Assembly (NCBI GenBank): GCA_017415805.1
Contig: JAFQEC010000032.1
Location: 2,411-66,410 of the forward strand
DNA: 64,000 bases
Direction of reading: 5' to 3'
Source: Clostridia bacterium
GTDB taxonomy: Bacteria; Bacillota; Clostridia; Oscillospirales; CAG-272
In this document: positions 39,712-47,979 of the stretch, piece after piece
Position numbering within the stretch: the stretch's first letter is position 1
How the letters are laid out: each line of letters starts with the position of its first letter
The notes under the pieces: generated by a model
The model's input: the letters and a program-made list of their open reading frames with translations, nothing else
Databases searched by the model: none
What the model was told of the DNA's origin: nothing
Made by a program: the position numbers and the translations under genes

Positions 39712-39974
39712 TCCGCAGTAATTTATTTATCAAGCGCAAGATCGGCACGCAATTCGTCATCGTTGCGATCGGCGAGGCCACCAAGCGCTTCAACGGCATG
39801 ATCACCGTCAACGAAACGGGCAGCTTCATCTGGGATCAACTGGAGAAGGATATCACGCTGGACGAGCTGGTCAACGCTGTGACCGCAGAGTACGAGGTGG
39901 ATGCCGACACCGCCCGTGCCGATGCAGGTCGTTTTATCGAGACCCTGAAGGAGGTCGGCGCGCTTGCACAGTGA
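39708..39974 (+). CDS. PqqD-family peptide chaperone / RiPP recognition element
   Basis: RKIGTQFVIV, NETGSFIWDQL, LVNAVTAEYEVD, ARADAGRFIETL; ATGA overlap with the upstream gene; RBS gaggag. Confidence 0.9.
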   Translation: MIRSNLFIKRKIGTQFVIVAIGEATKRFNGMITVNETGSFIWDQLEKDITLDELVNAVTAEYEVDADTARADAGRFIETLKEVGALAQ

Positions 39975-40428
39975 AGTGAACCGCGACTTCTCGCTGGAGG
40001 AGCTGCTGCCGCTAATCACCGAGGTGACCGAGGCAGGCGGGGAATTCCGCTTGCATCCCCGCGGCACGAGCATGCGCCCGATGCTGCGCGAGGGCAAGGA
40101 TTCGGTGGTGCTTGTGCGCCCCGACACACCGCGTAAGCGAGAGATCTATCTCTATCGGCGCGCAAGCGGCCAATTCGTCCTACATCGTCTTTTGCGCGTG
40201 GAAAAGAACGGCACGCTCACCTTCTGCGGTGACAATCAGCTTTATTTGGAGCGCGGCATCGCGGCGGACGCCCTGATCGCACGCGTTTCGGCCTATTACC
40301 GCGGCAAAAAGCGTATTTCCATGGCATCCGTGCGCCAGCGCCTGTATGCCGCCCTGTATTGCTTCTGGCCCTACCGTTGGCTGCGTTATCTCCCGCGCCG
40401 CATGATACAAAAAATATTTCATAAGTAA
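39964..40428 (+). CDS. S24/S26-family signal-peptidase-like protein
   Basis: GTSMRPML (Ser), VLHRL (His), GDN; no N-terminal TM; TTG start behind aaggagg (GTG 39976 is an alternative). Confidence 0.85.
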   Translation: MHSEVNRDFSLEELLPLITEVTEAGGEFRLHPRGTSMRPMLREGKDSVVLVRPDTPRKREIYLYRRASGQFVLHRLLRVEKNGTLTFCGDNQLYLERGIAADALIARVSAYYRGKKRISMASVRQRLYAALYCFWPYRWLRYLPRRMIQKIFHK

Positions 40429-40456
40429 AAAACACCGACAGCGTCGGTGTTTTTTT
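40427..40456 (+). terminator. Terminator closing the kinase-RRE-peptidase operon
   Basis: aaaaaacaccgac-agc-gtcggtgtttttt. Confidence 0.85.
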
Positions 40457-40464
40457 GAAATAGA

Positions 40465-40493
40465 TAAAAGCCACCTAAATAAGGTGGCTTTTA
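40465..40493 (-). terminator. Terminator of the XRE gene
   Basis: taaaagccacct-aaata-aggtggctttta. Confidence 0.8.
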
Positions 40494-40736
40494 CTGTTCG
40501 ATCTCCAAATCTTTCGAATCGAAAATTTCATTATTCAAAAATTCGGCAAGGGGCATGTGAAATCCCCGCGCGAGCAAAATAACTGTGCTCAAGGTCACGG
40601 TTTTATTCCGTCCGTTCATGATGCATTGCATGCTTCCGTGCTGTATGCCCGATTCTTGCTCCAAGCGGTATTGGGACATGTTTTTCTCTTTCAATAGCAT
40701 GGAAATGCGCTTTGCGACGGCGTCGTTTACAGTCAA
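40491..40736 (-). CDS. XRE/Cro-like HTH transcriptional regulator
   Basis: RISMLLKEKNMSQYRLEQESGI...TLSTVILLARGF...EF; TTG start with aggagg RBS. Confidence 0.88.
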   Translation of the reverse strand: MTVNDAVAKRISMLLKEKNMSQYRLEQESGIQHGSMQCIMNGRNKTVTLSTVILLARGFHMPLAEFLNNEIFDSKDLEIEQ

Positions 40737-40766
40737 GCAGATATCCTCCTTGTGAGAAGATTTAAC

Positions 40767-40888
40767 TCCGTAGTTTTACCTACACAAATATAGTATCAAG
40801 AAAATTCAAAAATTATAAGAAGGCACGCCTACATATTGGCTTGATTTTTGTTTCTCCTTATGATATGCTATGTAGGCATACCTACATA
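40767..40888. promoter_or_regulatory. Three related 20-bp operator-like palindromes in a divergent promoter region
   Basis: tatgtagg-cata-cctacata (40869-40888, perfect arms); taagaaggcacgcctacata (40816-40835, 16/20 identical); tccgtagttttacctacaca (40767-40786, 14/20). Confidence 0.7.
40841..40869 (+). promoter_or_regulatory. sigmaA promoter of the SLOG-like gene
   Basis: TTGATT-17bp-TATGCT with extended -10 TG; abuts the perfect palindrome. Confidence 0.6.
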
Positions 40889-40902
40889 ACAGAGAATTGG
40901 TA

Positions 40903-41357
40903 ATGATCATCACATTTTGCGGACACGCTCAATTTCACGGAACAAATGAGCAAGAGCAAAAAATTCTTGATTTCTTAAAAGAAACGGTAGGAGATCAAGG
41001 GGCAGAAATCTATTTGGGCGGATATGGAGATTTTGACCGCTTTGCATACGATTGCTGTAAAAGGTATCAGAAGATGCATCCAAATGTTTCTCTTGTTTTT
41101 GTTGCGCCGTATCTAACAGCGGAATATCAACGTAATCATTTACAATATCAAAAGAAAAGATATGACGCGATACTCTATCCCGAAATTGAAAAAAGGCCAC
41201 AAAGCTTGCGATTATCTACCGAAACAGATATATGGTAGAAAAAGCAAGCTATGTTGTGGCATATGTATCGCATGATTGGGGCGGAGCTTATGCGATGTAT
41301 AAGTACGCAAAAACAAAAAGGAAGGAAATCTTCAATCTTGCAGATTGGGATAAATAA
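40903..41357 (+). pseudogene. SLOG/YpsA(DUF1273)-like protein split by a -1 frameshift
   Basis: Frame 1 ITFCGH...YLGGYGDFD...PYL...YPEIEK; continues in the -1 frame as KLAIIYRNRYMVEKASYVVAYVSHDWGGAYAMYKYAK...IFNLA to TAA 41357; break near A6 run at 41189-41194. Confidence 0.8.
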
Positions 41358-41393
41358 AGATCCACCGCATTTGCGGTGGATCTTTGCTTTTTT
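41356..41393. terminator. Convergent terminator
   Basis: aaagatccaccgca-tt-tgcggtggatcttt followed by gctttttt. Confidence 0.8.
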
Positions 41394-41586
41394 AATGCTC
41401 GTGCCCCTCGTCATCGTCGCCGCCGATCTGGGAGAGGATCTCCTCCTCCAGTCGCTTGCGCTCGATCTCATAGCGGATCATCACCACGGTGTAGTAGGCA
41501 ACGCCCGCCACCATGAGGGCCGCGAGGACGATCGCCACGATGCGCACGATCAGCCGGGAGCGATCCTTTTTTACCGTCTTTTTCAT
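41392..41586 (-). CDS. Small single-TM hypothetical protein
   Basis: Basic N-terminus, one TM helix, acidic His-containing tail; 3 nt downstream of the topoisomerase stop; gagg RBS. Confidence 0.7.
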   Translation of the reverse strand: MKKTVKKDRSRLIVRIVAIVLAALMVAGVAYYTVVMIRYEIERKRLEEEILSQIGGDDDEGHEH

Positions 41587-41589
41587 ACT

Positions 41590-43857
41590 TTACCTCAAAA
41601 TCTCTCCATCCAGCGAGAGCTGCGTGGCGCCCACGTTTTTATCATTCAGCGGCACACCCATAGCGGGGAGCTTATATTTGCGGTAGCCCTTGTCGTCACC
41701 GAAGTCGGTGCGCACCTGTGCCACCTTTTTCTCGCGCCGTCCCATGCTCATCAGCGTCACGCCGTTTGCCGAGCGCGTGGACATCACGGGGATGAGCGAG
41801 GATTTGAACACGATGGCGCGTTCCGCGTCGGAGACCAGCATCAGATCCATGGGATCCTTTTCCACCTCGTGCAAAACTCCCACTATGGGAGAGGCGGCGG
41901 AATACGCCCCTGTGAGTCGCTTGCGGTTGCCCTTGGTCTCGTAGGCCGAGATCGGCACGCGCACGCCCTTGCCGTTCTCAAAAATGAAGATCATGTTCTC
42001 GCCCGCAGGATAGGTGTTCTGCACGCGCATATAGATCGGACGCTCGTCCTTATCCATCTTCAAATACGCATTGAGGAAGTCGCCCATCGCAGAGGCCTTG
42101 GTATTTTCAAAGTCGGCAACTGCCGCACGGTAGACCTGACACTTGTCGGTGAAGAACAGAAGATTGTCCTTGTTCTCGGCGTCGACCGTTTGTGCGATAT
42201 AGTCGCCGTCCTTGACCTTTTGCTCGTCCTTGCCGATGCGCGCACTGCCTTCCAGTGATTTGAAGGTGATCTTTTTGAAATAGCCCTCGCGCGTGAGTAC
42301 CAATCGCACGGGGTAATTCTCCACGACATTCTCCACGTCCTCGACCTCGGGCAGATCCTCGGCGAAGATCAGCTGCGACTGGCGCGGCTTGCCGTATTTC
42401 TTTTTGATCTCGGCCAGCTGCGTGGCGATATGCGCGCGGATCTTGAGCTCATCTGCCAGGATCTCCTCCAGCTCTGCGATCTCGGATTTCAGTGTGTTCA
42501 TCTCGTTCACGCAGTTGAGCATGTATTTTTTGTTGAGGTTGCGCAGCTTGATATTGGCGATATATTCGGCCTGCACCTGATCAATGTCAAAGCCTGCCAT
42601 CAGGTCGGTCACGACCTGCTCGTCGGTCTCGGCGCGGCGGATGATACGAATGGCCTTATCAATATCAAGCAGCACCTTGCCGAGTGCCATCAAAAGGTGG
42701 TAGCGGTCACTCTTTTTGCGCAGGTCAAAGCGCAGCTCACGGCGCACGCACTCGGTGCGGAAGCTGATCCATTCCTTGAGGATGTCCACCACGCCAAGCT
42801 GTCGGGGAGTGGAGTTGATCAGCACGTTGAAGTTGCACTTAAAGCTGTCCTCCAGGGGCGTGAGCTTATAAAGGCGGTTCATCAGCGCATCGGGATCCAC
42901 GCCGCGGCGCAGCTCCAGCGTGAGCTTGAAGCCGTTGAGGTCGATCTCGTCGCGGAAATCGGCGATCTCCTTGACCTTGTTTTCCTTCACCAGGGCGGCA
43001 ATGCTGTCCAGAATGGCTTCAATGCTGGTGGAATAGGGGATCTGCAAAATGTCAATGCAGTTGGCATCCTTGTCGTACTTATAGCGTGCACGGATACGTA
43101 CCGAGCCCTGACCCGTTTCATAGATCTTGCGCATTTGCTCACGGTCATAGATGATCAGACCGCCGCCCGAAAAATCGGGGGCCTTGATCAGATCCAGGAT
43201 CCTGTCTACGCCGGCCTTTGGATTGCGCAAAAGCGCGATCGTTCCGTCACAGATCTCGGCCAGATTGAACGAGCAGATGTTCGACGCCATACCCACCGCA
43301 ATACCCGTATTCGGGGTCACCAGCACGTTGGGGAAGGTGGTGGGCAGGAGCACGGGCTCCTTCATGGTGTTGTCAAAGTTGTCTACGAATTCTACGGCGT
43401 CCTTGTCAATGCCGCCGAACAGCTCCTGACAGATGGGATCCAGCTTGACCTCGGTATAGCGTGCGGCGGCGTACTTCATGTCGCTGGAATACTGCTTGCC
43501 AAAGCTACCCTTGGAGTCCACGAGGGGATGCAGGAGTGCATCGTGACCGCGCGTGAGGCGCACCATGGTCTCGTAAATGGCGGCGTCGCCGTGGGGGTGG
43601 AGCTGCATGGTGCGGCCCACCACGTTCGAGCTCTTTTTGCGCTCACCCGTGAGCAGTCCCATTTTATACATCGTATACAGGAGCTTGCGGTGCGAGGGCT
43701 TGAGGCCGTCGATCTCGGGGATGGCGCGCGAGATGATCACGCTCATCACGTAGGGCATGTAATTCTTCTCAATGGTTTCGGTGATCGGCTGCGGGATCGA
43801 GGGTGCAGGAACGATCTGGGAACGGTCGGTCACGGGGGATGACTTCTTTCTGGCCAT
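41590..43857 (-). CDS. Type IIA topoisomerase subunit A (GyrA/ParC family, ParC-like)
   Basis: RAIPEIDGLKP, HPHGD, AAARYTE catalytic Tyr, GIAVGMA, APDF; no GyrA box visible; start at ATG 43857 behind ggaaagga. Confidence 0.93.
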   Translation of the reverse strand: MARKKSSPVTDRSQIVPAPSIPQPITETIEKNYMPYVMSVIISRAIPEIDGLKPSHRKLLYTMYKMGLLTGERKKSSNVVGRTMQLHPHGDAAIYETMVRLTRGHDALLHPLVDSKGSFGKQYSSDMKYAAARYTEVKLDPICQELFGGIDKDAVEFVDNFDNTMKEPVLLPTTFPNVLVTPNTGIAVGMASNICSFNLAEICDGTIALLRNPKAGVDRILDLIKAPDFSGGGLIIYDREQMRKIYETGQGSVRIRARYKYDKDANCIDILQIPYSTSIEAILDSIAALVKENKVKEIADFRDEIDLNGFKLTLELRRGVDPDALMNRLYKLTPLEDSFKCNFNVLINSTPRQLGVVDILKEWISFRTECVRRELRFDLRKKSDRYHLLMALGKVLLDIDKAIRIIRRAETDEQVVTDLMAGFDIDQVQAEYIANIKLRNLNKKYMLNCVNEMNTLKSEIAELEEILADELKIRAHIATQLAEIKKKYGKPRQSQLIFAEDLPEVEDVENVVENYPVRLVLTREGYFKKITFKSLEGSARIGKDEQKVKDGDYIAQTVDAENKDNLLFFTDKCQVYRAAVADFENTKASAMGDFLNAYLKMDKDERPIYMRVQNTYPAGENMIFIFENGKGVRVPISAYETKGNRKRLTGAYSAASPIVGVLHEVEKDPMDLMLVSDAERAIVFKSSLIPVMSTRSANGVTLMSMGRREKKVAQVRTDFGDDKGYRKYKLPAMGVPLNDKNVGATQLSLDGEILR

Positions 43858-43877
43858 TTGGGTGGTTCCTTTCCGTG

Positions 43878-44921
43878 TCAAATTTTACGTATCTGATGCG
43901 CCGCGGCGCGCAGGATGCGGTTGTAAAGGGCAAGCCCCAGCCCTTCCTTGGGGGGCAGATGGGCGTATAGCTTGCGAATGGCGGGACAGCCGTCGGCAAG
44001 GCGAAGCGCCGCAAATAAGCGCTTGGATTGCACGCGCAGATCGTTGCGCGGCCCAAGGGAAAACAGCGGCGTGCCCGCAGGGAAGTGCGCGCACTCCTCA
44101 TCGTAGCAAAGAAAGCCTGTGTCGGGTTGCTTGGCTTGCTCTAACATGTAGTCCAGTACCCGATCCGCATCGCCGTCCAGCAGCGTGAGTGCGGCATTGG
44201 GGGCATAATGGCGGTATTTCATACCGGGCGAGATCGGACGCTCTCCCTCGGCGAGCATCGAGAGCACGGCGGGGGCGATCTGCACGCGGCGGCAGATGCG
44301 GCAAAGCGCGTCGTAGGTCACCGCACCCGGGCGCAGGAGCGTGCCCTCATCACCGTCGAGCTTGATAATGGTGGATTCCAGACCGAATTCGCACTCGCCG
44401 CCGTCGATGATCATGGAAACGCGGCCGTCCAGATCCTCGATCACGTGCGCGGCACAGGTGGGCGAGGGCTTGCCCGAGCGATTGGCCGAGGGTGCGGCGA
44501 TCGGCACGCCTGCGGCGGCGATCAGTGCATTGGCCACAGGGTGTGCAGGGCAGCGTACCGCCACGGTTTCAAGGCCGCCTGTGACCGAGAGGGGCACGGT
44601 ATCCTTTCGCGGCAAAATCACCGTCAGGGGCCCCGGCATAAAGGTCTTGGCCAGCGCGTAGTAGGTCTCGCTTGTCACGGCGTAGGGCTCTGCGTCCTCT
44701 GGACGCGCGATATGGATGATGAGAGGGTTGTCCGACGGACGACCCTTGGCCGCATAGATGGCGCGTGCGGCGTTCTCGTCGGTGGCGTTGCCCCCGATGC
44801 CGTAGACCGTCTCGGTGGGAAAGACCACCAGCTCGCCGCGCCGCAAAAGCGCGGCCGCGCGCGCGATCTCGGCCTCGTGGCCGATCGGAGAGGGAACGCG
44901 GAGTATCTCGGTTTGCAACAT
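43878..44921 (-). CDS. sua5: L-threonylcarbamoyladenylate synthase (Sua5/YwlC type)
   Basis: FPTETVYG, KGRPSDNPLI, PGPLT, APSANRSG, GLEST, PGMKYRHYAP. Confidence 0.95.
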   Translation of the reverse strand: MLQTEILRVPSPIGHEAEIARAAALLRRGELVVFPTETVYGIGGNATDENAARAIYAAKGRPSDNPLIIHIARPEDAEPYAVTSETYYALAKTFMPGPLTVILPRKDTVPLSVTGGLETVAVRCPAHPVANALIAAAGVPIAAPSANRSGKPSPTCAAHVIEDLDGRVSMIIDGGECEFGLESTIIKLDGDEGTLLRPGAVTYDALCRICRRVQIAPAVLSMLAEGERPISPGMKYRHYAPNAALTLLDGDADRVLDYMLEQAKQPDTGFLCYDEECAHFPAGTPLFSLGPRNDLRVQSKRLFAALRLADGCPAIRKLYAHLPPKEGLGLALYNRILRAAAHQIRKI

Positions 44922-44929
44922 ATGTCTTC

Positions 44930-45997
44930 TTACTTATCCTTTTCTTGCATTTTACGGGCGGCGTCCTCGTTGCGCAGAGCCGCGATCAGCTCGTCCAGCC
45001 CCCCGTCCAGCACTTTTTCAATGTTGTAGAGCGAGAGCCCGATGCGGTGATCGGTCACGCGCCCTTGCGGGTAGTTATAGGTACGGATGCGCTCACTGCG
45101 GTCGCCCGTGCCGACTTGGTTTTTGCGCTCGTTGGCAATCGCGGTTTGCTGTGCGCGCAATTCCATATCGTAGAGCCGCGCACGCAGCATCTTCATGGCC
45201 TTGTCGCGGTTTTTGAACTGACTGCGCTCCTCCTGGCACTCCACCACGATGCCCGTGGGCTTATGTGTTAAGCGCACGGCGGATTCGGTCTTGTTGATGT
45301 GCTGACCGCCCGCACCGCTGCTCTTGCAGGATTCCATGGTAATATCGGCAGGGTTGATCGAGACCTCGACCTCGTCGACCTCGGGCAGGACGGCAACCGT
45401 CACGGTCGAGGTCTGGATGCGCCCTTGCGATTCGGTCACGGGCACGCGCTGGACGCGATGCACGCCCGATTCAAAGCGAAAGAGGGAATACGCGCCCTCT
45501 CCCTCGACCGAAAACGAGATCTCGCGAAAGCCGCCGAGATCGGTCTCGTTCGCTCCAATGCGCGCCGTGCGAAAGCCGATGCGCTCGGCGTACATGGTAT
45601 ACATACGGTACAGGACTGCGGCAAACAGTGCCGCCTCCTCGCCGCCCGCCCCCGCACGGATCTCCACGATGACGTTTCGCTCGTCGTTGGGGTCACGGGG
45701 AAGGAGCAAGCGCTCCAGCTCGTCGGTCAGCTCCGCAATACGCGCAAGACAGGCACGGTGCTCCTCGTCGGCAAGGGCAGCAAGCGACGTGTCATCGCTG
45801 TTTGCCAGCTCCTCCACATCGGCGGCCTCGCGCTCGGCATCTTGCAGAGCACGGTAGGCGCTCACCAAGGGCTCGAGGGCGCGCAGCTCCTTCATCAGTG
45901 CGGCATAGGCCCCACTGTCCGAGAGGACCGAGGGGTCGGCGCTTTTGGCCTCCAGCTCGGCAAAGCGCGCCGCGGCCTTATCCAACGCTTCTCTCAT
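44930..45997 (-). CDS. prfA: Peptide chain release factor 1
   Basis: GGEEAALF, GVHRVQRVPVT (PxT), SSGAGGQHIN, RSERIRTYNYPQGR. Confidence 0.97.
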   Translation of the reverse strand: MREALDKAAARFAELEAKSADPSVLSDSGAYAALMKELRALEPLVSAYRALQDAEREAADVEELANSDDTSLAALADEEHRACLARIAELTDELERLLLPRDPNDERNVIVEIRAGAGGEEAALFAAVLYRMYTMYAERIGFRTARIGANETDLGGFREISFSVEGEGAYSLFRFESGVHRVQRVPVTESQGRIQTSTVTVAVLPEVDEVEVSINPADITMESCKSSGAGGQHINKTESAVRLTHKPTGIVVECQEERSQFKNRDKAMKMLRARLYDMELRAQQTAIANERKNQVGTGDRSERIRTYNYPQGRVTDHRIGLSLYNIEKVLDGGLDELIAALRNEDAARKMQEKDK

Positions 45998-47388
45998 TCA
46001 GCCGTGCAAAAGGCCACGAAGGCGCGGTAGGCCTCATAAAGATCGACCTTTGCGATCACCTCGAAGGGCGCGTGCATCGAGATCACGGGAACGCCGAGGT
46101 CCACGGTCTCGATATTGTGCGCGGCGATATATTTGGCGACCGTTCCGCCGCCGCCGCAATCCACGCGGCCGAGCTCGCCTGCCTGCCAGACCACGCCCTC
46201 CTTCTCCATCGCGCCGCGCAGCCAGCCGATATACTCGGCGCTGGCATCGTTGGTGCCCGATTTGCCGCGCGAGCCCGTAAATTTGGTGAGCACCACGCCG
46301 CAGGAAAGAAGGGGAGTATTGCGCTTTTCAAACACGTCGGGGAAGTTGGGGTCATAGGCCGCCGAAACGTCGGCCGAGAGGCACTTGGAGTTGGCACGCA
46401 CCACGGCGGGATTGCCGCCAAGGCTTTGGGCGATCTCGTTGATGAGATCCATAAAAATGTCGGATTTCATGCCCGTGTTGCCGTCGCTGCCCGTTTCTTC
46501 CTTGTCGGCAAGGATGCACATGAGGGTGTGCTTCGAGTCGGCACATTCAAGGATCGCAGACAGTGCAGGATAAGCGCACACGCGATCGTCGTGCCCGTAG
46601 GCACCGATCAGGGAGCGATCAAAGCCGATGTCGCGCGCCTTGAAGGCGGGAACAACGCACAGCTCCGCCGAGAGGAAATCGGCTTCGGTAATGCCGTATT
46701 TCTCGTGCAGGAGCGCGAGGGTGTTGAGCTTGATGGCATCGGTTTCGTCCGCACCGTCAAACGGGCGGCTGCCCACCAGCACGTTGAGCTTTTCACCGGG
46801 GATCGCCTCGCCCAAGGGCTTTTTGCTCTGCTCCTGGCCGAGATGGGGGAGCAGATCGTTGATATAAAACACGGGGTCGCGCTCGTCCTCGCCCACCGAA
46901 ACGTCGATGACTGAGCCGTCGGCCATGGCCACCACGCCGTGCAGCGCAAGGGGCGTTGCCACCCACTGATACTTGCGGATGCCGCCGTAGTAGTGCGTTT
47001 TGAAAAAGCTCATGCCACTCTCCTCGTAAAGGGGACATTGCTTGAGGTCGATGCGGGGCGCATCAATGTGTGCGGCGGCGATGCGGATGCCGCACTCGAT
47101 GGGCTCACTGCCCACGGTAAAGAGAATAAGGCTCTTGCCGCGGTTGTTGTAATAGTATTTTCCGCCGCGCTGCACGCGCTCGCCCAGCGTGTAGGGAACA
47201 AAGCCCGCCGCCGTGGCAAGGCGGATGCCTTCCTTCACGGCCTCACGCTCGGTCTTGGCGGCATCCAGAAAGGCCGCATAGCCGCGCGCATAGTCGTGTG
47301 CGGCATCCAGTGCCTGCTTGCTTGCAGATTCGTATACGGTTTTTTTCTTGTAAAAGAGCTTTTCGCTCCATTCCTTGGCGTTCGACAT
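45994..47388 (-). CDS. M18-family aminopeptidase
   Basis: AHIDAPR, YYGGIRKYQW, DDRVC, DKEETGS, GGGGT, ISMH. Confidence 0.92.
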   Translation of the reverse strand: MSNAKEWSEKLFYKKKTVYESASKQALDAAHDYARGYAAFLDAAKTEREAVKEGIRLATAAGFVPYTLGERVQRGGKYYYNNRGKSLILFTVGSEPIECGIRIAAAHIDAPRIDLKQCPLYEESGMSFFKTHYYGGIRKYQWVATPLALHGVVAMADGSVIDVSVGEDERDPVFYINDLLPHLGQEQSKKPLGEAIPGEKLNVLVGSRPFDGADETDAIKLNTLALLHEKYGITEADFLSAELCVVPAFKARDIGFDRSLIGAYGHDDRVCAYPALSAILECADSKHTLMCILADKEETGSDGNTGMKSDIFMDLINEIAQSLGGNPAVVRANSKCLSADVSAAYDPNFPDVFEKRNTPLLSCGVVLTKFTGSRGKSGTNDASAEYIGWLRGAMEKEGVVWQAGELGRVDCGGGGTVAKYIAAHNIETVDLGVPVISMHAPFEVIAKVDLYEAYRAFVAFCTAE

Positions 47389-47400
47389 GAGGATCTCCTT

Positions 47401-47973
47401 TTATGCGTGAAATTGATATTTTTCGGTATATTCGCGATAGCGCTTCAGCGTGTCGGACACGTACGCATCGGTCTCGGGAAAGGGAATGACTAAAAGCGTC
47501 TTTCCGTCTGCGGAATATGCGCGCGATTCAAGCCATTCCGCCACGCGGCTCTCGCCTGCGTTGTAGGCGGCAAGCGCTACGGACCAGCTCCCGAAACGCG
47601 CAAACAGATACGAAAGATAATAGGTGCCGTAACGGATATTGACCGCAGGATCGAGGATCGCCGCGTCACAGAGCGCCTCGCTGAATTTTTCGTCGCGCAG
47701 AAAGGCAAAGGTCTCGGGCATCAGCTGCATCAGACCCTTCGCCCCCGCGGGCGAGACGGCGTCGGCGCGAAAATCGCTCTCGGTGCGGATCACCGCAAGG
47801 ACAAGCCCCGCGGGCACGCCGTATTCCAGCGCCGCCGTGCAGGCGAGGTCAAAATACTCTCGCTCCATCCGCGCGCGGCGGCGTGCGGCGTGGCACTCGG
47901 CCAGCGTGAAAGTCAGGAGCACGAGCGCCAGCAGCAGCGCGAGTGATCGGCCGATCCGTTTGGCAAAGGACAT
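47401..47973 (-). CDS. Lytic transglycosylase (SLT domain)
   Basis: IRTESDF, GAKGLMQLMP, NIRYGTYYL, AAYNAG, ETDAYV; N-terminal TM; coaE-slt synteny. Confidence 0.92.
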   Translation of the reverse strand: MSFAKRIGRSLALLLALVLLTFTLAECHAARRRARMEREYFDLACTAALEYGVPAGLVLAVIRTESDFRADAVSPAGAKGLMQLMPETFAFLRDEKFSEALCDAAILDPAVNIRYGTYYLSYLFARFGSWSVALAAYNAGESRVAEWLESRAYSADGKTLLVIPFPETDAYVSDTLKRYREYTEKYQFHA

Positions 47974-47979
47974 ACAACA

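Noticed and set aside
41392-41586. 64-aa ORF as RiPP precursor for the RRE cassette
   Set aside because: It has a clear TM helix and is coupled to the topoisomerase gene on the opposite strand
41251-42258. 335-aa plus-strand ORF next to the mini-island
   Set aside because: Crosses a terminator and is antisense to the topoisomerase and small membrane genes; no motif support
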